A DNA stretch of 32,000 nucleotides from Vulcanisaeta distributa DSM 14429 (GTDB taxonomy: Archaea; Thermoproteota; Thermoprotei; Thermoproteales; Thermocladiaceae), in contig NC_014537.1 in assembly GCF_000148385.1 (NCBI RefSeq), forward strand, positions 600,001-632,000, in the 5' to 3' direction. Under the pieces are notes generated by a model. The model searched no databases. It was given only the letters and a program-made list of their open reading frames with translations, and was not told where the DNA came from. The stretch's first letter is position 1. Every line of letters starts with the position of its first letter. Shown one piece after another: positions 25,934 through 32,000 of this stretch. The translations under genes and the position numbers were made by a program.

Positions 25934-26512
25934 TCACGAGGCGAGCAGTGACGAACCGCCGAGGTCAATGAAGACCCTACCACCAACACTGACAAGGCCC
26001 ACGTAAACAAGGAGGAAGCGCGTTGATGAGCCGGGGCTAACCCCAAGCCCTGCCAGGCAGTCCATTGGTGCGGAGACATCAACGACATTGCCACTCACGT
26101 CCCTCGTGACCGCCACAGGCCTCGGGAAGTCAAGGCCCCTGGGCAGGTCCCAAAGATCCAGCGGTGGGTTTAGTGGCCGGGACCTACAGCCCACCGCCCT
26201 ACGCCCAACCACAGAGACCCCAACCACGTAATCACCCACCAGGAATCCCAGGACGATGTCGAGCCAGGGCTTATCAACAGGCCCATCAACCACCACACCC
26301 CTAATGATTAGGCCGCCTATTGGGTACTCGCGGCCCAGGTCTATGAGGGTGAACCAGGGAACCGCCTGGATGGGCAATAGGTACTTATCACCAACCCTCC
26401 TGGCCCCAAACCTCCTACCCAACTCAACACTCGAAGCCCTAAACAAGGCCTCCAACTCATCCAGGGAGATTACGGGGAACCTACCGCCGAATTGCCTAAC
26501 CACCATAACCAT
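25934..26512 (-). CDS. Hypothetical protein (Gly/Val/Arg/Pro-rich, GC-rich gene)
   Basis: 192-193 codons stay open in a visibly GC-richer stretch. ATG 26512-26510 overlaps the stop of the upstream MTA phosphorylase gene by one nt (TGATG). I recognise no family. Confidence 0.5.
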   Translation of the reverse strand: MVMVVRQFGGRFPVISLDELEALFRASSVELGRRFGARRVGDKYLLPIQAVPWFTLIDLGREYPIGGLIIRGVVVDGPVDKPWLDIVLGFLVGDYVVGVSVVGRRAVGCRSRPLNPPLDLWDLPRGLDFPRPVAVTRDVSGNVVDVSAPMDCLAGLGVSPGSSTRFLLVYVGLVSVGGRVFIDLGGSSLLAS

Positions 26513-27330
26513 CAAACGCAGGCGTTTTTAAGGACCTCCTCGCACTTGACGTGCACGTCCCTGGGTATCCTCGGTATCACGCTCAGCAGGACCTTACGGG
26601 CCAGGTCAAGCTTCTCACTCATTACCCTCTCCACGAGCTCCGCAGTCACCGGTTGATGAGGAACCCAAATGTCGTAGTCAGTCACCAGGGCAAGCAGTGA
26701 GTAGCACATGCCGAGTTCACGCACGAGGTTAATCTCAGGCACCAGCGTCATCCCAATTATGTCACAGCCATAAACGTCCCTCCAAACCCTAGACTCAGCC
26801 TTAGTACTAAACCTCGGCCCCTCAATACACACATAGCACCCGCCGAGGTGAGTCCTATTAACCCTGGAGGCCTCCTCATAGAGCAGTTGATTAATTATGG
26901 GGTTAAAGGGCTCAAGACCAATCTGTATATGGCAGGTCCTAGGCCCATCAAAGAACGTGTACTCCCTACCCTTAGTCGCATCAAAGAACTGGTCGGGAAT
27001 CACGAAATCACCAGGCGCAAAGTCCTGCCTAAGACTACCCACAGCACTAACACTAATGACGACCTTAACACCAAGGGCCCACAAAGCCCAGGCATTCGCC
27101 CTATACGGTATCCTATGCGGCGGGTACCTATGCCCACGACCATGCCTAGGTAGAAACGCAACCCACTCACCACCAACCCTACCAATCACCACATTATCAC
27201 TGGGCAAACCATAGGGCGTGTGGATCTGAACCTCAAAGTAATCACTGAAAAACCCAGCCTCATAAAGCCCACTACCACCAATAACACCGACGTAGGGTAA
27301 CGAGTCGATGCCCAACTCGCTTGGGCTCAC
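26512..27330 (-). CDS. mtnP: S-methyl-5'-thioadenosine phosphorylase (PNP family)
   Basis: The blocks [62 protein letters not shown] and IIGMTLVPE are typical MTAP/PNP-I blocks. The start is uncertain. The maximal ORF reaches ATG 27531 (339 aa), but family members normally begin a few residues before the GGSG loop. Candidate starts are TTG 27315, GTG 27330 and GTG 27369. Confidence 0.85.
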   Translation of the reverse strand: MSPSELGIDSLPYVGVIGGSGLYEAGFFSDYFEVQIHTPYGLPSDNVVIGRVGGEWVAFLPRHGRGHRYPPHRIPYRANAWALWALGVKVVISVSAVGSLRQDFAPGDFVIPDQFFDATKGREYTFFDGPRTCHIQIGLEPFNPIINQLLYEEASRVNRTHLGGCYVCIEGPRFSTKAESRVWRDVYGCDIIGMTLVPEINLVRELGMCYSLLALVTDYDIWVPHQPVTAELVERVMSEKLDLARKVLLSVIPRIPRDVHVKCEEVLKNACV

Positions 27331-27661
27331 GGGCGCCCTAGTAACCGTCAACTTCCTAACCCCAACCACGGTAAGGCTAGGGAAAGGACCTATAAAAGCG
27401 TTACCCAACAACCAAACCGAGGCAGGGATCAACGGCCAGGCACAATCACGAACTACTCCCACTGAGGGCCATTCCAAAGCCACATTGGAAGTGGTATGAC
27501 TTCCCCATGATGGTATACCACAATAACACACTAATCTACGAGGGCTATGGGTACTATAAATTCAATTCTATATTAATCCCCATTTACCCGCCAAGTGGCA
27601 TTGCCGCCACTGAAACACCACAAGAGATGCCTTACCTAGTACCTCACCACTAGGTGCCCTA

Positions 27662-27922
27662 ATGAATTGCTGGAACTTCAGCATGGGTGGTCCACCTGGG
27701 GTACAGGTAAGGCTTCCAAATGGTACTGAGATTAATGGAGCAGGCCTAGTGTATATGAATTATGACTGGATTGCCTTCGCAAATGCCTGGCAGGGTGGTA
27801 AGGTGGTCTTCCAGGTTTATGAGCCTAGAAGTGCAATGTATGATTGGGTGTTTAGTCAATGGTTGAGCTTCAAGGAGAGCCAGGCTTATGAGAGGTTTGT
27901 GGAGTGGGCTGTGGAGGAGTAA
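27662..27922 (+). CDS. Hypothetical small Trp/Tyr-rich protein, possibly a gene remnant
   Basis: 86-aa ORF with an ATG start and no recognisable family. It is followed by further short open stretches in other frames (see findings). Confidence 0.25.
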   Translation: MNCWNFSMGGPPGVQVRLPNGTEINGAGLVYMNYDWIAFANAWQGGKVVFQVYEPRSAMYDWVFSQWLSFKESQAYERFVEWAVEE

Positions 27923-28306
27923 TGCTGGGGGTTATTCAACAATGTGGCTTGTGCTGACATTGGTGTATACTCAAGTAAGGTGCGGTGGTGGTGACATTAT
28001 CATTGTATAACTTGACTAAGCCTGTTAGCTGGAGTTGGGAGCTTTACAATGTCACCACCACCAATCCAACCATTCCAGCCCACAACCCAACACCGAGCAC
28101 TCAAGTGACTACGTCAATATCAATTACAATACTGCCAATGAGGCACACCGCCCCACGTAAGGCTCCTCCAATACCCTATTGAAATCTTCCAATGCAAAAT
28201 ATAGCTGAAAAGAAAACACGAAGAAGCAAACAAGCAAAGCCGAGAAAGCTTGTAGAATAATCAGGGCAATAACGAATCTAAACCGTCAAAACCCCACCCA
28301 GGGACC

Positions 28307-28319
28307 AACAAAAACAAAC
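28307..28319 (-). terminator. Oligo-T tract (GTTTGTTTTTGT on the transcribed strand) downstream of 23S rRNA
   Basis: This is the first T-rich run after the 23S 3' flank on the minus strand. Archaeal RNA polymerase terminates at oligo-T. A second tract lies at about 28214-28229. Confidence 0.4.
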
Positions 28320-28356
28320 CCAACCCCAACCACACCCGGCACCCACCCATTAAACC

Positions 28357-28370
28357 CCACCACCCGCACC
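28357..28370. repeat. Arm of a 14-bp perfect inverted repeat bracketing 23S (pairs with 31416-31429)
   Basis: CCACCACCCGCACC at 28357-28370 is the exact reverse complement of GGTGCGGGTGGTGG at 31416-31429. It is probably the terminal or processing helix of pre-23S rRNA. Confidence 0.8.
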
Positions 28371-29555
28371 TGGGGCGATTGGGAGTGGCGGGCTCCCCCC
28401 TCGGGAAAACCCTCGGGGGTTACACCCCCACCCCATCAACCCCGTCTTCTACGGGGACCCTCACCCGGCACCCGGCGGGTTTCCCCACCGGGCACCGAGC
28501 GGCCGCCTCTTTTCGGGGAGGGCTTCCCGCTTAGATGCCTTCAGCGGTTATCCCCTACGGCGTGGCTGCCCGGCTCTGCCCTGTAGGGCAACCGGTAGAC
28601 TAGAGGCCGCGGCGCCCCGTTCCTCTCGTACTGAGGGCACCTTCCCCTCAGGCGGCCAGCACCCCCGACAGGTAGAGTCCGACCTGTCTCACGACGGTCT
28701 GAACCCATCTCACGTTCCCCTTTAATGGGCGGGCAGCCCCACCCTTGGGGGCTGCTGCACCCCCAGGATGGGAAGAGACGACGTCTGGGTACCAAACCGC
28801 GGGGTCGATGGGAACTCTCACCCGCGACGAGCCGGTTACTCCTGGGGTAACTTTTCTGTCATGCCCGGCCCCCACTGGTGGGGGCACGAGCGTTCGCTAG
28901 GCCCGGGTTTCCCCCCTGCGCCCCTTGCGTTCAAGGGCGCAGTCAGCCCGGCATTTGGCCTTACCCTCTACGGCGGAGTTCTGACCCGCCTGAGCCGAGC
29001 TTTGGGCACCCCTGATATCCTTTCAGGGGTGTGCCGCCCCAGCCGAACTGCCCACCCGCCGCTGTCCCCCGGGTTATGCCCGGGGTTAGGGGTGCGGGAG
29101 GGAGTGGGTGGTGTTTCATTGGCGCATCCGCGCGGCCCGGAGACCGCGCTTCATCGCTCCCACCTACACTATGCACCCCCTCCCGCACCCCAACGACGGG
29201 CTGCAGTAAAGCTCCACAGGGTCTTCTCGCCCCGTCGGGGGTCCCAGGACTCTGCACCCGGAGGTGGGTTCGCCGGGCCCCGGGCCGGGACAGTGGGGAC
29301 CTCGTTGATCCATTCATGCACGCCGGAACTTACCCGGCAAGGCATTTGGCTACCTTAAGAGGGTCAGAGTTACCCCCGGCCTTCAGCGGCGCTTCGCCCG
29401 GTTGGACCCGGGTTTCACGTACCGCCAGTGGCCAGGATTCAGCCCCCGTACACACCCTTACGGGCTAGCGGGGACCTATGTTTTTGTTAAACAGTCAGGT
29501 CCCCCTTGTCACTGCGACCCACGGCTCCAGTGGGTAACCACCAGAGCCGCGGGCA

Positions 29556-29588
<33 letters not shown>

Positions 29589-30892
29589 GAGTTCCCTGGC
29601 CCGGGGTCACCCGAGCCGCCTTGGGCTTCTCACCCAGGAACACCTGTGTCGGTTCTCGGTACGGTCGTGGGGGCTCGTTCCCCACCCCCTTTTCATGGGC
29701 CCCAGGAGTCGGGTGGACCGGGCTCAAGGCCCGGCTATTCCCGCCTTCGGCCGGTTCTCGCCATTACGGCACTCCCCGGCCTTCAGCGGTTAAGCGGGGT
29801 ATTCCCCCGCCCACCCTATCCTGAGGCGTCGGGGGTGGGGCCTGCGTTGCCGCGAGGCCTACCCCCACGGCACGGGAATATTAACCCGTTTCCCCTTCGG
29901 CGGGTACCAATTAGGCCCCGCCTTAGGACCGGCTAACCCATGGCTGATTGTCGTTGCCATGGAACCCTGGTCCTTTCCGGCGGAGGGGGTTCCCACCCCT
30001 CTTCGCTGCTACTACCACCGGGATCTGCATCGGCCACGGGTCCACCGGACCTCACGGCCCGGCTTCCGCCCCATGGCCGCGCCCCCCTACCCCACGCGGA
30101 CCAACGGTCCGCGGGCCGGGGTCTCGGCGGCGGGCTTGAGTCCCTAGACATCTTCGGGGCCCCCCGCCTCAGCGGGTAAGGTGTTACCCACTTCTTAGCC
30201 GATGGCTGCTTCTAGGCCCACGGCCCCGCTGTCTTGGGCGGGGGACACCCTTCTAGGTTGACACTTAGCCCGCACTTAGGGGCCTTAACCCCGGTCTGGG
30301 TTGTTTCCCTCTCGGCCCTCAGGCTTACCCCGAGGAACCCGCCTCCCCCCTTCTTCAGAGCCCACGGGTTCGGAGTTTGACCGGGGACCGGGGCCTTTCG
30401 GCCCCTGCATCCCCGATCAGTGCTCTACCCCGTGGGCCTCCTCCAGGGAGGCCGGGCTGGGACCCGCTTCGGGGGGAACCAGCTATCACCGGGCTTGATT
30501 GGTCTTTTGCCCCTAGCCCCAGGTCATGGGAACGAATTGCACATCAGAACCCTTTCGGGCCTCCACGGGGCTTTCGCCCCGCTTCACCCTGCCCAGGGCT
30601 AGATCGCCCGGTTTCTGGTCTCCCGCCCGTGACTACGGGCCCATTAAGACCCAGCCCCTCACGGGGTCACCCCCGCTACGGGCTTTTCGGTTTCCCTACG
30701 CCTTCGGGGCTTAACCCCCTTAGGCTCGCCACGGGCGGGAACTCCCCGGCCCGTGTTTCTAGACGGAAGGGGCGACCCTGGACCCTCCCCCTCGTACTCC
30801 CGGGTTCACCCCGGTTTCCTTCGGGGGAGGGCACCCTTTCGGGCCGCCCCTCCTTTAGCCGCCCGGTTTCAGGCTCTTTTCACTCCCCTTTC

Positions 30893-30926
<34 letters not shown>

Positions 30927-31415
30927 GCGCTATCGGTCTCGGGACGTGCTTAGCCTTGGGGGCCAGTGGCCCCCAGCTTCCCACGCCAAAACCAAGGCGT
31001 GGTACTCCGGGACACCGGGACTCCGCCAGGCGGCCTTTAGCCTACGGGGCTATCACCCTCTACGGCGGGGCTTTCCAGCCCACTTCGGCTAGGCCGCCCC
31101 GGCGGTACCCGGGCCCTCAACCCCACATCTCCCCACGGTTATCCCGTGGGGATTTGGTTTGGGCTAACCCCCTTTCGGTCGCCCCTACTCAGGGGGTCCC
31201 TGTTGGTTTCCCTTCCTCCCCCTACTAAGATGTTTCCGTTCGGGGGGTTCCCGCTCCGAGGAAAACCCCGGAGCGCCCAGGCCTATTCGGCCCGGGCAGG
31301 AGGCCCCATTCGGGAATCCCGGGTTCAAAGGCTGCCTGCGCCTACCCCGGGCTTATCGCAGCTTGCCACGCCCTTCCTCGGCGCCCGAGCCGAGCCATCC
31401 ACCGGGCGGCTTGCT

Positions 31416-31429
31416 GGTGCGGGTGGTGG
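31416..31429. repeat. Second arm of the 14-bp inverted repeat bracketing 23S
   Basis: See the partner arm at 28357-28370. Confidence 0.8.
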
Positions 31430-31479
31430 TTTGGTCAGGGTGGGTGCCACCCAACCCCCTTTGAACACCCCATCCCCAG
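31430..31479 (-). other. 16S-23S internal transcribed spacer, ~50 nt, without a tRNA
   Basis: This is the sequence between the 16S 3' end (..GGATCACCTCCT, reverse complement of 31480-31491) and the 23S terminal helix. It contains a small hairpin, GGGTGG-CAC-CCACCC, and is too short to hold a tRNA. Confidence 0.8.

Positions 31480-32000
<521 letters not shown>

Noticed and set aside
25934-26515. A GC-rich island, considered as a hidden structural RNA (SRP RNA or RNase P RNA), since GC-rich islands mark RNA genes in such genomes
   Set aside because: An uninterrupted ~193-codon frame would be unlikely by chance even at this GC content. The ATG overlaps the mtnP stop, and I could not find conserved SRP helix-8 or RNase P motifs. 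It is kept as a CDS.
27331-27531. A 67-72-aa N-terminal extension of MTA phosphorylase implied by the maximal ORF ([14 protein letters not shown]...)
   Set aside because: Family members start a few residues before the GGSG loop, and the extension has no Met other than the first. A TTTTATAG box inside the extension lies ~20 nt upstream of GTG 27369, suggesting that the upstream part of the extension is promoter or UTR. The start remains uncertain.
31430-31479. A tRNA in the 16S-23S spacer, or a 5S rRNA downstream of 23S
   Set aside because: The spacer is only ~50 nt. The 150 nt downstream of 23S are low-complexity and then AT-rich, with no 5S-like sequence. This matches the usual crenarchaeal arrangement.

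Overview
This is a compact, almost fully coding stretch of what looks like a hyperthermophilic crenarchaeal chromosome. That is an inference, and a Thermoproteales-like source fits best: the protein genes have moderate GC, the rRNA is very GC-rich, the 16S-23S spacer is short and has no tRNA, no 5S gene is linked, and TATA-like boxes sit about 22-31 nt upstream of several start codons. I call about 27 protein genes plus the 3' part of an rRNA operon on the minus strand (complete 23S, last ~520 nt of 16S). Recognisable content: a translationally coupled herA-mre11-rad50 double-strand-break repair cluster; tRNA-splicing endonuclease; Rpo7/RpoE'; aIF1/SUI1; MTA phosphorylase; the alpha subunit of ADP-forming acetyl-CoA synthetase; a thermopsin-family protease; several transporters (two MFS, CPA2 antiporter, ClC channel, ABC ATPase with a membrane partner); a wHTH-CBS regulator; and several uncharacterised secreted or membrane proteins. 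I found no CRISPR array, mobile element, tRNA or convincing small RNA. I also found no convincing novel multi-gene system, and the region reads mostly as core housekeeping. The best leads are single-gene oddities: (1) the HerA ATPase has a ~100-aa C-terminal extension ending in a SWIM-like C-x2-C-x6-C-x-H zinc finger, and no nurA gene follows rad50; (2) a threonine-synthase-like protein has Met in place of the PLP-binding lysine and appears fused to a C-terminal winged helix; (3) the largest non-coding gap holds an ORF split by a frameshift; (4) a GC-rich orphan ORF is coupled to the MTA phosphorylase gene. All family assignments come from motifs I recognise by eye, not from database searches.
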